Sequence record: NC_042056.1 | Direction: 5' to 3' (one strand) | DNA length: 64,000 bases | In this document: positions 44,149 to 55,127 of the stretch, piece after piece | How the letters are laid out: each line of letters begins with the position of its first letter | Position numbering within the stretch: position 1 is the first letter of the stretch | Position numbers and translations under genes: made by a program | The notes under the pieces: model-generated | The model's database searches: none | What the model was told of the DNA's origin: nothing | Seen by the model: only the letters and a program-made list of their open reading frames with translations

Positions 44149-45927
44149 TTAAAACCCTTGTGCGTATTCTTCAGCAGGTTCACTGTTGGCCACACGACGG
44201 TTAAACACCTCCAACACGTCATCCTTATCCGGTAACAGGAAGAAGGTGTTGGCAATGTCCATGGCGTTCACACGACCGGCTGTCAGGTTCACACCGGTAC
44301 GACGACGTACCTCTTCAGACACCCCATTGATGAACAGCAGTTCAAAGATGGTGGTTTCACGAGACTGGTTCATCATGTTGGTCGCTGACGGATAAGCCTG
44401 TGTCAAGTCCGCATCTGCCGTCTGACCACGGAAGGCAGAATAGAACTGTGGCAGCTCCTTCAAGACATCCAACCCGTTCTCGGCATTCATACACGCCGTT
44501 AACGTGACGATCCAACCGTCTGTCCCGATAACCTCCTCATCGTAGTTGTTACGCATCTCTGCACCCACACTGCCCGCCACGTAGCCTTGGGCTAACAGGT
44601 AGTAGGTGAAGGCGATACAGATACGCTTCGGTAACGACGGGAAGATGTCGTACATCGAGTAACCGGCCAAAATCGTTATCGCTGAGGAAAGGTCGTTGGT
44701 TTTCTTATCCAACAAGACAATCATCAGGTTATCGAAGATGTTATAGACACAATATTCCAACGGGAACTCTCGTTGGGCTTTTAAGTGCCAATCCAGTTTC
44801 TCCTCGTACGGCAATCCCGGTATGTCAAGTTTGTTCAGGCCCAGCTCTGAATCCAGAATCGCATTCAGTTTATAGCTGGGTCGCTGACCCTCATGCACAC
44901 GCAGGGAGCGGAACAACACCATGGCATCCACGCAGAAGAACGACGCCATACAGTACAAGACGTGCCACTGCTGGCTCGGTGCTTTGGTAAGCGACTTGGA
45001 CTCCGTCTTCTTCGACGCCAAATCTTTCTTGAACCACACCTTACGGTACTGCCTTGGCACATCCGGGTGACAGAACACGTCTTCCGGCTCGATACAGCCA
45101 CGCTCTAACGCTTCCATCATACGGGTGATATCGAACTCGTGGTTCCATGCCACTAACAGGTCAGGCAGACGTGGGTGAATCTCTTCAAACATACGGACGA
45201 TACATTGCGCCGAGTCTAAGCACTCGTAAGTGAAGATTTTGTAATCGGCAATGACGTTCTTCACTTTGACTTCGGTTTCGCCCGTCTTTTTATTTTTTTC
45301 TCTGAACTCAATCTTGCTCAGCAGTTCCTGCGCTTTGGCAACCAGGCGGTTATCCCAGTTCTTGCCGATACGCGCCACGTAATCCTTCGTGCAGAACATG
45401 TGAATTTCATCGTCCAGTACAAAGGACATGATCCACGGGTCACGCGATTTGTCTTCTTCGCGTGTTTCTACGTCGTAGACACAGATGCGGTTCGGTGTGG
45501 TGCAGTCTTTGTACTTCGCCATGTACTTCTGTTTAATCCAGCTAGTGACCGGTAAGTCCGCCAGATAAACAAACGGGCTAGTACAGACCTGACGAAGACG
45601 CTTCTTCGGATCAGGGAAACGGGCACCCAGACCCATTTGCAATGTCTTGGCCATTAACGCATCGGTCGTCAATAACTCCTGACAACGCGACTTCAATTCG
45701 AACTCTTTCTTTTCCTTGTGATTACGGTACGGCTCTTGCGTCACGTACACCGGACGCTTCACATTTTCACGCAGCTGAATACGCGGAATAAGCCGTCCAT
45801 CCTTAGTATGGATGACCTCTTTAATGAGGACTAAGTCGTTTTCTCCGCTTTCGTCAGTGGCATAAGCGACGTGCTTACACTCCTTCGCTATGACGTCATC
45901 GGGGCTGAAATACATGTTGGTTTCCAT
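44149..45927 (-). CDS. family B DNA polymerase, 3'-5' exonuclease/motif A subunit (phiKZ gp82-like)
   Basis: ExoI YDVET, ExoII WNHEFD, ExoIII YNIFD and motif A DLTQAYPS. Confidence 0.85.
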   Translation of the reverse strand: METNMYFSPDDVIAKECKHVAYATDESGENDLVLIKEVIHTKDGRLIPRIQLRENVKRPVYVTQEPYRNHKEKKEFELKSRCQELLTTDALMAKTLQMGLGARFPDPKKRLRQVCTSPFVYLADLPVTSWIKQKYMAKYKDCTTPNRICVYDVETREEDKSRDPWIMSFVLDDEIHMFCTKDYVARIGKNWDNRLVAKAQELLSKIEFREKNKKTGETEVKVKNVIADYKIFTYECLDSAQCIVRMFEEIHPRLPDLLVAWNHEFDITRMMEALERGCIEPEDVFCHPDVPRQYRKVWFKKDLASKKTESKSLTKAPSQQWHVLYCMASFFCVDAMVLFRSLRVHEGQRPSYKLNAILDSELGLNKLDIPGLPYEEKLDWHLKAQREFPLEYCVYNIFDNLMIVLLDKKTNDLSSAITILAGYSMYDIFPSLPKRICIAFTYYLLAQGYVAGSVGAEMRNNYDEEVIGTDGWIVTLTACMNAENGLDVLKELPQFYSAFRGQTADADLTQAYPSATNMMNQSRETTIFELLFINGVSEEVRRRTGVNLTAGRVNAMDIANTFFLLPDKDDVLEVFNRRVANSEPAEEYAQGF

Positions 45928-45999
45928 CGGTTCTCTCTCATCGATCCGCCTCTATATTGATCGGTGGTGACGTAAAAACTTTTTAAAGGAACGTCTGAT

Positions 46000-47358
46000 A
46001 TGGGCTACTGGTCTAAGCACGCACAGAGCGTGAAAGAACTCAAGCGTGTTGCCGCTGAGTCAATTAAGTTTCAAGATAAGAAAAAACTGGCATCACTCGC
46101 CGATATCGTTGCTAAGTTCCAGGCTGCGGGGGATTTCTCCGTGGCTGCATACGACACCTCCGGTATCAAAGAGTGGATTCAGAAAAACCACGGCATTGGC
46201 GTCGTCTTCACAAACGGGGCTGAACTGGGTCTGGAGTCGGAACTGTTTGCGGCGATTCAACCGCCACAGATTGATGCCAATAACCCGATTGTGGCGCAAT
46301 TCCACCGTGTGGTGTATCAGGGCAATAAAGACCTTGACCTGTACAGCAAGTTTATCAAAGACAACGAGCTGAATGGCGAGTTCGATGATAACAACGCGGT
46401 ACTGAAAGGCGACCTGTCGAAAATCACCTCACCGCTTTACGTGACCCCACCGATCTTCAATGGTCGTGCTGAACTGACCGCGTATGAAATCGCCGCCATC
46501 ATTCTGCACGAAGTGGGCCACGTCTACTATTACCTGCGCACGCTGATGCGTGGTGTGATAGTGAACCTGTTGGCGGATGCTGCGGCAAACCGCATGATGG
46601 AGATGGATTCACCGCAAGAGAAACTGCGCGTAGTCAAAGACGTTGAACGTATCCTCGATACGAAAATCAACCAGCCGGAGACTATCTGTGACTCGTTCAA
46701 AAAAGAAAACATCTACATGCACCTCGTTACCCAGACACTGCTTGAGCGGCCGAACATCACCGGCGGTAAAGGGTTTGGTAACCGTAGCTGGGAACGTGCT
46801 GCCGATGACTTCTCTGCCCGAATGGGTGCTGCGCCTTACCTTGCGTCCGCGCTCTACAAGATGGAAATGAGCCAGTGGTGGATTCTGCGTCATAACTCGT
46901 ATACCAACATCTATACACACCTGTTTGGCGAACTGCTGAACATGGCGGTGTTGATTGTGGGTGCCACTACACCATTCGGTATTGTGTATGCCTCGGTGAT
47001 GGTTGCGTTCGGGTTAATCATCAACGACCCGGAAAACACCATTTACGATCCACCACAGGAACGCTTCGAAACGCTGCGTCGTAATCTGGTCGAGGAACTG
47101 AATGTCCTCAAAGGGTTGAACACCAAAGCCGCGAACGAACAGCGTCAGCGTTGTTTGGACGGTATTGCCGGGCTTGACCAGATTCTGAAGACGGTCAAGG
47201 ATAAAGATAACATCTATGCCTTCATCATGAAAACCTTGACGCCTGCGGGTCGTAAGGAACGTGCCGCGGTAGACTACCAGCGTGCCCTTGAAGGCTATAT
47301 GTCCAACGACTTGCGTGTTGCCTCTGCGAAGATGTCTCAGCTGGCCAACGCTAAATAA
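46000..47358 (+). CDS. virion head-associated protein with an M48-like zinc peptidase signature
   Basis: ILHEVGH, then ERAADDFSARMG..YLASALYKM and a hydrophobic segment. Confidence 0.65.
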   Translation: MGYWSKHAQSVKELKRVAAESIKFQDKKKLASLADIVAKFQAAGDFSVAAYDTSGIKEWIQKNHGIGVVFTNGAELGLESELFAAIQPPQIDANNPIVAQFHRVVYQGNKDLDLYSKFIKDNELNGEFDDNNAVLKGDLSKITSPLYVTPPIFNGRAELTAYEIAAIILHEVGHVYYYLRTLMRGVIVNLLADAAANRMMEMDSPQEKLRVVKDVERILDTKINQPETICDSFKKENIYMHLVTQTLLERPNITGGKGFGNRSWERAADDFSARMGAAPYLASALYKMEMSQWWILRHNSYTNIYTHLFGELLNMAVLIVGATTPFGIVYASVMVAFGLIINDPENTIYDPPQERFETLRRNLVEELNVLKGLNTKAANEQRQRCLDGIAGLDQILKTVKDKDNIYAFIMKTLTPAGRKERAAVDYQRALEGYMSNDLRVASAKMSQLANAK

Positions 47359-47382
47359 CTTGATTACTGACAAGGTAAAATC

Positions 47383-47823
47383 ATGACGCATAAACTTTCT
47401 CTGAATTCCCTCGTGCTCGACTTCAAACGCGACAACGAAGGGAAAGGTGTGCAGGGCTCACAGGCACTGACCGCACTGGTGGCTTTCACGTTGGCTTACT
47501 CCGTCCGTTTGCCGGACAACGGCGCATACGGCTCTACAGAAGCCGCACAGGCGTTCCTCGTACCTATCATGAAGAACATCGTCTCGGATGTGAACGAGTT
47601 GTACTGCGTTGACCTCGGTACCGTGCTGGACTTGACCTCTGCACTGTACTGCAACCGTTACGACAACGTCTGGGGTGGTCGCCGTGCGCTGGATGCGTTC
47701 TCACCGAAAGCCGTCATTGACGAAGCGTACGGTGTGGATTGCTACCCGACCGTTCAACTGTGGGCTGAGCGTTTCTTCGAAACCGTTGGCTTCTACATCA
47801 GCGAAACAACTCAGAAGGCGTAA
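47383..47823 (+). CDS. probable virion protein
   Basis: 146 aa in the structural operon. Confidence 0.65.
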   Translation: MTHKLSLNSLVLDFKRDNEGKGVQGSQALTALVAFTLAYSVRLPDNGAYGSTEAAQAFLVPIMKNIVSDVNELYCVDLGTVLDLTSALYCNRYDNVWGGRRALDAFSPKAVIDEAYGVDCYPTVQLWAERFFETVGFYISETTQKA

Positions 47824-47826
47824 ACC

Positions 47827-49584
47827 ATGACCAGCATGACCGAAGTAGGTGGGCTGGTCTCTACCGCCCCACAGTGGCGTCTCGGTGAAATGGGCAACCT
47901 GCTCCAAGAGCACATGAACCACAAGATTGGCAGCCTCGACCAGCTAAACTTGTACATGCAGCGTAACGACGCTGACTTGCTCTACGGTAGCCGTATCCTT
48001 GCGCAGGTGGAAGCCATTCTGGATGATGTCCGCCGCCATGGGATTTCACGCGACCTTGCGGTTGCCGTGGAGTCTACCCGTCCGGGCACCATTCCAAAGA
48101 ACGTGCAGAAAATCCTGACTTCCAACTACACCGGTACCCATCAACAGGAAACGGTTGCGGCACTGGAGTCGTGGAAAGAAGCCGGGCGTATGGGCCTCAT
48201 TATTCTGGTACTGACCGCCATCCTGAAAATCATCAGTTGGATTGTGGAGTCGGGCAAAGGGTATAAAGGTAACACCAACCCGAAAACTGCCGCAGACAAA
48301 GTCGAAGAATACAAAACCAAGACTGACGAGAAATGGCAAGCCGCCGCCGAAACACCTCCCCCGGCTCCGAAGTCCGTTAAGCCGGATGACTGGAAGCGGG
48401 AGTACGAGTCGCTGGCAGATACCCTGACCTGCGCGTCTGTCAAAGCCGCGTATCTCGACGCTACCAAAGAGCTGTCCAGTCGTAGTCTGTCACAACTGAC
48501 TGCGGCCGCACTGCGTTACGACGCGTTGATTAAGAACGCCAACGCAAGCGATTACGTGGACACGGTGACAGCGGTCTCTGGCCGTAACCCTATCGTACCC
48601 CTGCTGAAAGACGTGGCTTCGGGTGAGAAAGGGGCCGGGTCTGTCGGTGGTCTGGTCGCTGAACTGCTGCGCATGAACGTATCCGAAGGTATCTTCACAC
48701 CGCAGGCTGCGGCGAAAGCATATTCGATGTTGCCAAAAGGCATGCACGAAGCAGGCGTTCGTATTCCTAACGAATCTGTCTTCCGCATGATGGCTAACCG
48801 TGCACCAGAACTGAACAACTTCTTCCAAGCTGCCGGTAAAGGGTTCGATGCGCTGTCTTCGATGATGTCGCAGAAGCACGAGCAGAACAAATGGAATGAC
48901 GACGACCTGCACAAGCCGGGAACGGAATTTGCCCACGCGATGCGTTTCCTCAACGACTACCTTGCTACCGTAATTCCGGTCGTGAAAGGCGGGAAGTTCA
49001 CCGCGGAAACCTCCCCGACAATTGCTGTGGTTGGCACACTGTCTGGCGGTGGCTTAATCGGTTACGACGAGCCTACGGAATTCCTCGGTAACACGGTGTT
49101 GGTGTGCGCGCAGTACGGTGCCTACCTGAACAGCAGCTTCCTCTCTTCCTACACAGAACGCCGTGGGTTGAACGATGACGAGGCAGGCGGTGTCTTGCAG
49201 GCATTGGTGGTCATGGCCAACGGCCTGTCAACGAACAGTGGCGTCACAAACTTCAACGCGTACAGCAAGATGGAAGGTGAGGTGAAGACCCTCATCGACC
49301 GTATTCAGTCGTGGGAGAAGTCCATGTCCCGTAGCCGTGAAGGCGCACATGCGTTGCAGGTGATTGGCGCAGGTCTGCTCAGCGTGATGATGGAAGAACG
49401 TTCCGACAGCCTGAATATGGGCCGTGAACTGTCAGCGGATTACAAAGACCAAGGCTCCGGTGATTTCTGGATGGGTCTGCGTAAGAACCTGAACTACATC
49501 CGTCGTATCTGCATGGGTACGGTTGGGATGCAGAACATCATCAGTAAAAGCCAGAACAACCCGTTCATCAAAGGCAAAAATTAA
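47827..49584 (+). CDS. probable internal head protein
   Basis: AVES and ALES (AxE-type protease sites) before WKE plus a hydrophobic segment; synteny with SPN3US gp47. Confidence 0.6.
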   Translation: MTSMTEVGGLVSTAPQWRLGEMGNLLQEHMNHKIGSLDQLNLYMQRNDADLLYGSRILAQVEAILDDVRRHGISRDLAVAVESTRPGTIPKNVQKILTSNYTGTHQQETVAALESWKEAGRMGLIILVLTAILKIISWIVESGKGYKGNTNPKTAADKVEEYKTKTDEKWQAAAETPPPAPKSVKPDDWKREYESLADTLTCASVKAAYLDATKELSSRSLSQLTAAALRYDALIKNANASDYVDTVTAVSGRNPIVPLLKDVASGEKGAGSVGGLVAELLRMNVSEGIFTPQAAAKAYSMLPKGMHEAGVRIPNESVFRMMANRAPELNNFFQAAGKGFDALSSMMSQKHEQNKWNDDDLHKPGTEFAHAMRFLNDYLATVIPVVKGGKFTAETSPTIAVVGTLSGGGLIGYDEPTEFLGNTVLVCAQYGAYLNSSFLSSYTERRGLNDDEAGGVLQALVVMANGLSTNSGVTNFNAYSKMEGEVKTLIDRIQSWEKSMSRSREGAHALQVIGAGLLSVMMEERSDSLNMGRELSADYKDQGSGDFWMGLRKNLNYIRRICMGTVGMQNIISKSQNNPFIKGKN

Positions 49585-49594
49585 AATAAAAAGA

Positions 49595-49628
49595 CCTACT
49601 CTCCTTCGGGAGAGTAGGCTTTCTTTTT
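49595..49628. terminator. bidirectional terminator
   Basis: CCTACTCTCC-TTCG-GGAGAGTAGG plus T-run. Confidence 0.8.
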
Positions 49629-52577
49629 TTATACCGGCGCAGTATCGTGACGGTTGTAGCTTGCAACAATGTCGTCTTTCAGACCGACACGGCCGTTAGC
49701 CTCAATCACCAACTTCTTACCGACAGTGACCTGTGTGGCATCGGACATGACCGTAAACAGACGCATGTCTTGGTCAGGCCCCATCCCACCCACTACCACA
49801 CCCAAGATGGTGTCTTTTAACGCATCTTGCAGGGCTTCACCCAACGCCACCGCAGACACGGTGCTGTTGTTAATCAGGTACTGACTGATAACCTCAGAGG
49901 TCTTCTTCTGGATGGCTTTAATCAAGTCCGCATTCTGACGGTTCACCGCAGTCAGGTAATAGCTTACCGTGAACTGTTGCTCAGCAGGGATTGGTGTAAT
50001 GGCACCGTTCTCCGTGCGGGCATCGATGTACCCCATGGTGGTGATAGGCACGAAGTACGCATCGGTACGCTCCAACAGCAGTGGGGTCAGTTGTGGCATG
50101 TTCACCGTGATTTGATTGATCATGTAATCAACCACCGATTGACGGTACGCCGCCACTTCATCACTGTCTGCAAACAGGTAACGGGCATCAAAGACCGCCA
50201 TCTCGTTACGGAACCGGATGCTGCGTGGACGGTCAATCACGGAGTTACCGTCACTGTCCTTCACCAACGTCCCTTTCTCGTGCAACACTTCCTGTACCCC
50301 GTTATCATCAAGCACCGGGTCACCTTTACGGTGCAGGTACGTTAACTGTAACGGTGGTGTCTTGGCTGCGTCGTACGTGTACTCAGGCACACCACGCTCG
50401 TTCGTCTTCACCACATCCGCCTCGTAGAACTTCAGCACGTCGGCTTCGTAATACTTGTAGTTGATGCTGTCGGTGATAGGACGGGCTTTACGCCAGTATG
50501 CGGTTAAGGCTTTACCCAGTTCGATTTTGAAAATCTCATGGGTGATGCCAATCGCATCACGAGACGGAGCCACAATCAGGGTGTCCATGTTCGCCCGTTC
50601 GTAGTTCTTCGGATAGTACCCTGTACAGCCATAGAAGATGTTGAAGTCTTCAGTCAGGCTAACCGGGATATTCACCGTTGACGACGACGTGGTGCGGGTG
50701 TTGGTGATAATCATCTCATCGTTACGGTCAACGTCAAGATTGGTCTCCAACAGGAACTCCCACACACGCTCACTGCCCTGCTTACCAACGAGTGTCCCCT
50801 GAACCCATGCGAGGCTTTCAGAGTTACGCGGTTGGAAGGAGAGTTGGGCGAACACCTGTCCATCGTCCAGTGCTTGGTACGGGGATTCCGACTTGGTCAC
50901 TGTGCGCAGGACATAACCTTGGTCGGTCATCAGAATCTGATAGTCGGCCGTGACCACACTCAATTCAGTTGTGATATTGGTGCTGATGAAGCGCTTCGAC
51001 ACGAGGCTCGGACGGTCAAGCTGGTAGATACGCACGTCGATGGAGTTGTTGTTGATGTCCAGCACGTAATGGAATGGCGTGAAGAGATACGAACCACCAT
51101 TCCCCGCATTCACCAAATCCTCTTTACGCATGGTCTTCAACAGTTCCGTCATCGTGGTTTCCACCGACAACGTGCTACCGTCAAACTTGTACAGCGTATT
51201 CGGCAGTACGGTCATACGGTTATCATTGATACGCACGGTCGAGAGATTCGACAACTCATCCCAGCTGAAGTACAACGCCGATGTCACCGAACCAATCGGC
51301 GAGCTGACGTTCTTCAGGGTGGACGCCGGTAACGGGGCTGACATCAGATACGTACGACTGGTGACATAGTCGATAGCGTTCTGAAGGGTCAGGTTGAAGT
51401 CGGCCGCCACGGCGGTCAGTTGCTTCTCCGTAATCGGTGCTTGACGTAAGCCCACGGCGTTATTCACCACACGGTCGCGCAGTTCCGTAAACGGCAATTC
51501 TGCTCGTCCGCCAGACGTCACACCCACACCGCTCTCTGCCACTATCTGGAAGATAGAGAAGTTACGCAGGGGGTTCACGTAAGACGCGTCGTATTCCCCG
51601 TTCAGGTCACGGAAGTCCCATGAGAACTGGTCAGTGGCATAGCTGGACAAATCCACTCTCAGCACACCCATGGTGGTGTAGACGTCCATACGCACTTCAC
51701 CTGATACCAAACCGGTGGTCAGGTAAATAGAAGGAATGGTACAACGAATGTTCTGGCCCACAACCTGAATGACCGCAGTGGCCACATTCGGGTCATACAC
51801 GTCACGGCTGTGCGTGTGCGGAATCTCCACCCAACCGGTACCAGCAGCATCACGTTGCCAGACACGGGCGTAAAAGAAGCTGTTGGTGAAGCTGCGGATG
51901 ATTTGCAGTTCGTTCGTCCCGACGGTGGTGTCGGTGTGGCTCTTGACGTCGTACTGCTTCACCGGAATCTTGATACGCAACAGAATCGAGTTAGTGGATG
52001 GGGATGAACCCAAGTCCCATTCGAGGGCGTTGGTAGAAACCGGAGCAATCGGTGATTGTGTCTCGGTAATCCACAGCACTTCGAAAGCCGGGTTGTCCGG
52101 TGTCCCGTATGGCAACACACGAATCTCAATCGGGTATTGAATCGAGAAGGTGTAGCCGGACACTTTGAAGACGGTGTCGCGTGGGATAACCAGTTTGCGC
52201 ACACCGGCGTAAACCAGCGGCATGGCTTTGCTCAGTAACGAATCCACGTCGATAATCAACTGGAGTTCGGCACCTGACGGTTGTGAGAACACATCGACGT
52301 AATCCACATCCGACATATGGCGGAAGAGGTCGTCCATGGTCTGGGCCTGAGACGGGTATGTTTTCGGTACCGTTGCCCGACACCCTTCAATCGCAGTGTG
52401 TGCCAACATCACACCGGCTTCGGCTAAGAAGACCACGGGGTCTGTTGGGCTGCGGAGGGTAATTGAGGCGGCGTTGTCGCTGACGTTTTGGAGCTGCTTT
52501 AATAACAGCGTCTGCATCGCGGCGGGGTTATGCGCCAACAGCAACATATTCGATGCCAGCTTATCATAAGTGTCCAT
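49629..52577 (-). CDS. large virion structural protein, probable baseplate wedge
   Basis: 982 aa; GGRAELPFTELRDRV resembles T4 gp6/baseplate J; synteny. Confidence 0.6.
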   Translation of the reverse strand: MDTYDKLASNMLLLAHNPAAMQTLLLKQLQNVSDNAASITLRSPTDPVVFLAEAGVMLAHTAIEGCRATVPKTYPSQAQTMDDLFRHMSDVDYVDVFSQPSGAELQLIIDVDSLLSKAMPLVYAGVRKLVIPRDTVFKVSGYTFSIQYPIEIRVLPYGTPDNPAFEVLWITETQSPIAPVSTNALEWDLGSSPSTNSILLRIKIPVKQYDVKSHTDTTVGTNELQIIRSFTNSFFYARVWQRDAAGTGWVEIPHTHSRDVYDPNVATAVIQVVGQNIRCTIPSIYLTTGLVSGEVRMDVYTTMGVLRVDLSSYATDQFSWDFRDLNGEYDASYVNPLRNFSIFQIVAESGVGVTSGGRAELPFTELRDRVVNNAVGLRQAPITEKQLTAVAADFNLTLQNAIDYVTSRTYLMSAPLPASTLKNVSSPIGSVTSALYFSWDELSNLSTVRINDNRMTVLPNTLYKFDGSTLSVETTMTELLKTMRKEDLVNAGNGGSYLFTPFHYVLDINNNSIDVRIYQLDRPSLVSKRFISTNITTELSVVTADYQILMTDQGYVLRTVTKSESPYQALDDGQVFAQLSFQPRNSESLAWVQGTLVGKQGSERVWEFLLETNLDVDRNDEMIITNTRTTSSSTVNIPVSLTEDFNIFYGCTGYYPKNYERANMDTLIVAPSRDAIGITHEIFKIELGKALTAYWRKARPITDSINYKYYEADVLKFYEADVVKTNERGVPEYTYDAAKTPPLQLTYLHRKGDPVLDDNGVQEVLHEKGTLVKDSDGNSVIDRPRSIRFRNEMAVFDARYLFADSDEVAAYRQSVVDYMINQITVNMPQLTPLLLERTDAYFVPITTMGYIDARTENGAITPIPAEQQFTVSYYLTAVNRQNADLIKAIQKKTSEVISQYLINNSTVSAVALGEALQDALKDTILGVVVGGMGPDQDMRLFTVMSDATQVTVGKKLVIEANGRVGLKDDIVASYNRHDTAPV

Positions 52578-53845
52578 CAGATGAGACCTGCCCTTTTCAG
52601 AATGCGTTGGTAATCAGATTGGTACACCCACCACGTCAGTTTCCGGCGTACCGGGTCGATGTGGGGGTATCCGTAATAGTTGAACAGCGGGAGGAATTGC
52701 GGAATGACCTGCACCAACTGGTCGCGAGCTGTCGGTACGAAGTTACCGGTTTGCAGGCTCTCTGGGGTCGGTGACATATCCGGGTTAAAGTAAGACACGG
52801 TGGCGTTAAACATCTCCATGTAGAGCGGGTCGTCGTAACGTGCCCCGATACACTGCCATTGCAACGTGATGTTGGTGTCATCGTTGCTCATCGGTTTGGA
52901 GTTATCCACCTGTGCCTGTTGTCCGGCGTTGTTGTTCATTGGCCATGCCACGCACGCTGTCCAGAAGCGGGTGATGTTCCCCATGGGGTCGTACTTCATC
53001 CCGTACATGCGGGTTTGGTAATCGATACGGCGTTGAATCGAGTTACGAATCTTCGGCATGAACTGACCACGACGCACCCCAGACATGTACTCCAGCCACA
53101 CACTGGCCATGCGCATAATCGCATTACCGTACGGGTTGGTTAAGGTCGAGGACATGGTGTAGCCGTAGTTCACAAGGTTCGTGGAATCGACCATCCCCCA
53201 CTGCTCACGTAACAGCCCCTCGTCCGACATCCAGTTATCCACGGACTCATCCGGCATCCCCGACAAGCTAATCAGCTGCGTGGAAAGCAATGGTATGAAA
53301 GCCTGTAAATTATCGAAGGGGATATCGGGCAGGAACGGGGTTCCCAACCGGTTCTTTCGTAATCCCCTTGCGGTAAGCGGCGAGTCGGAAAACCCCAGTT
53401 CGAAATCAGGGTCGAGGGCTGCCAGAATCGAATAGTCGAGAGACGACTTCGGCTGCATTGCCATGTTTGACATGCGGCGTGAATTCGAAATGTTGTCGTA
53501 GCTAAGGTTAAAATCCGGTCGGGTAAAGAAGGTCATCCCCCCGTATTCCCGGTTCACCGGCACGGGGTTGTTGGCCATCATATGGTTGAACCCCATCAAG
53601 GGGTTGGTCATACGCTGCGCAGCGATACCTAGACCGACTGACAAGCGAATGCGGTCTGCCCACACGGATAACTCATCATCGAAACTCTTCTTTTGAGTGG
53701 GAGCTGCCGATGAAGAACGACCGTCAATGTAACCCGCTAAAGAGGGAACGGCATCGGAATTGTTCGGGTTTGGGACGGTATAGTCGATATCCGTATTAGG
53801 GTCGTAACCGGGATCTGTATTCTTCTTTTCAGTCTCGTCACTCAT
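52577..53845 (-). CDS. virion structural protein (tail-tube/baseplate-hub-like)
   Basis: 422 aa, coupled to the baseplate gene. Confidence 0.55.
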   Translation of the reverse strand: MSDETEKKNTDPGYDPNTDIDYTVPNPNNSDAVPSLAGYIDGRSSSAAPTQKKSFDDELSVWADRIRLSVGLGIAAQRMTNPLMGFNHMMANNPVPVNREYGGMTFFTRPDFNLSYDNISNSRRMSNMAMQPKSSLDYSILAALDPDFELGFSDSPLTARGLRKNRLGTPFLPDIPFDNLQAFIPLLSTQLISLSGMPDESVDNWMSDEGLLREQWGMVDSTNLVNYGYTMSSTLTNPYGNAIMRMASVWLEYMSGVRRGQFMPKIRNSIQRRIDYQTRMYGMKYDPMGNITRFWTACVAWPMNNNAGQQAQVDNSKPMSNDDTNITLQWQCIGARYDDPLYMEMFNATVSYFNPDMSPTPESLQTGNFVPTARDQLVQVIPQFLPLFNYYGYPHIDPVRRKLTWWVYQSDYQRILKRAGLI

Positions 53846-53874
53846 GAAATTTTTACTCCGGAGTAAAGTATAAA

Positions 53875-55116
53875 ATGGCAGAAAAAACTGTTGAGACGAG
53901 TGTCATCTCGTTTCTCTCTAAATTCCCAGACCTGTTTCGGCAGCGTGCCGACTCGCTGGAAGAGTTCAACCAGATTCTGTATAACGAATACACTACGCTT
54001 GTTGAACAGTCGCTGTTAGGCGTTGATTACCTGCCAGGCATTCTGGATAAGTTGCAGATACTGCTGGCCGCTAACCAATTAACTGCCATCTCCCTGCTGA
54101 TTGGCGTGCCTGAGGTGGATGTTATTGGAACGCTGGACAAAATCTCCACGCGCCGTAACAGCCTCGATGCCGCCGCCCGTAGCGGTTCCCGTCTGGCCAC
54201 AATGGCTATCGGCGAACGCCGGGGTCGCTTTGGTTTACCGTCATACGATAGCCTCGCCATCGCGGTGGGTGAATCGAGCCGTCGTGGTAGCCGTCCGGTG
54301 AACCAGAACAACCAGTTCAACGGAAACACCGAGGTTACCAACAACAACGACAACAGCCGTACTGAGAACTTTAACTCGACCACCAACAACTACGACAGCA
54401 AAGCGGGTAAAGTGGCCTCTACGCTACCGACCAACTTCATGAAGCAGATGATGGAGCAGGAAGGTCTGGCGGGTGGTAAGGTGTTCAGCGCGACCTTTGA
54501 ACGTAACGGGAACAAAACCGAAGTGCCGATGCGTCTGCGCCTCGATGTGAAGTCTGTGCCGACTGACGGCATGGAAACCCTGATTGCGTTTGCTTCCGAG
54601 CAGAAAGACTTCTGGGAGCGTTACATCCGTCTGCAACACAAAGGCGATCGTAACGGGGGTTGGCTGGATAAACTGGCGGCTGCAAAAGACCTCGCGTTCT
54701 CTAACGACCTGATGGAAGAGTACCGTAAGAATCGCTACCGCGATAAGACGGGCTACTACACCAAGATGATGGAGAAGCGCAACGGTAACTGGCTGTCTGG
54801 TCTGCTGACCCTGTCGCCGTCTATCAACAACGCCTCTGGTGTGATGGTGGTCTCTCAGGAAACCATCGATGGTCTGGAAGCACAGCTCGGTGGTAGCTTC
54901 GAAGACTTCAACGTGCGTCAGCGCGTGTTCCAAGATACCCTGACCGTTTACTACGTCGTGGTTGATACAACGTGGAACCGTGTGACCATCTACACCCGTG
55001 GCCTGAACGGCTCGCAGGAACTGGATAAGTCTGACTTCTCCAAATCGAAATCTGGTGCGGCTGATGTGAACAAAATCATCGAAGCCTACCGCTCTGGCGC
55101 ACAGCCGGTTCTTTAA
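53875..55116 (+). CDS. virion head protein
   Basis: 413 aa with an Asn-rich linker; synteny. Confidence 0.6.
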   Translation: MAEKTVETSVISFLSKFPDLFRQRADSLEEFNQILYNEYTTLVEQSLLGVDYLPGILDKLQILLAANQLTAISLLIGVPEVDVIGTLDKISTRRNSLDAAARSGSRLATMAIGERRGRFGLPSYDSLAIAVGESSRRGSRPVNQNNQFNGNTEVTNNNDNSRTENFNSTTNNYDSKAGKVASTLPTNFMKQMMEQEGLAGGKVFSATFERNGNKTEVPMRLRLDVKSVPTDGMETLIAFASEQKDFWERYIRLQHKGDRNGGWLDKLAAAKDLAFSNDLMEEYRKNRYRDKTGYYTKMMEKRNGNWLSGLLTLSPSINNASGVMVVSQETIDGLEAQLGGSFEDFNVRQRVFQDTLTVYYVVVDTTWNRVTIYTRGLNGSQELDKSDFSKSKSGAADVNKIIEAYRSGAQPVL

Positions 55117-55127
55117 GGGGTTTAGCA

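Noticed and set aside
54300-54390. AAC-rich short repeats
   Set aside because: They simply encode an Asn-rich linker, and there is no repeat-spacer structure. No CRISPR array was seen anywhere in the window.
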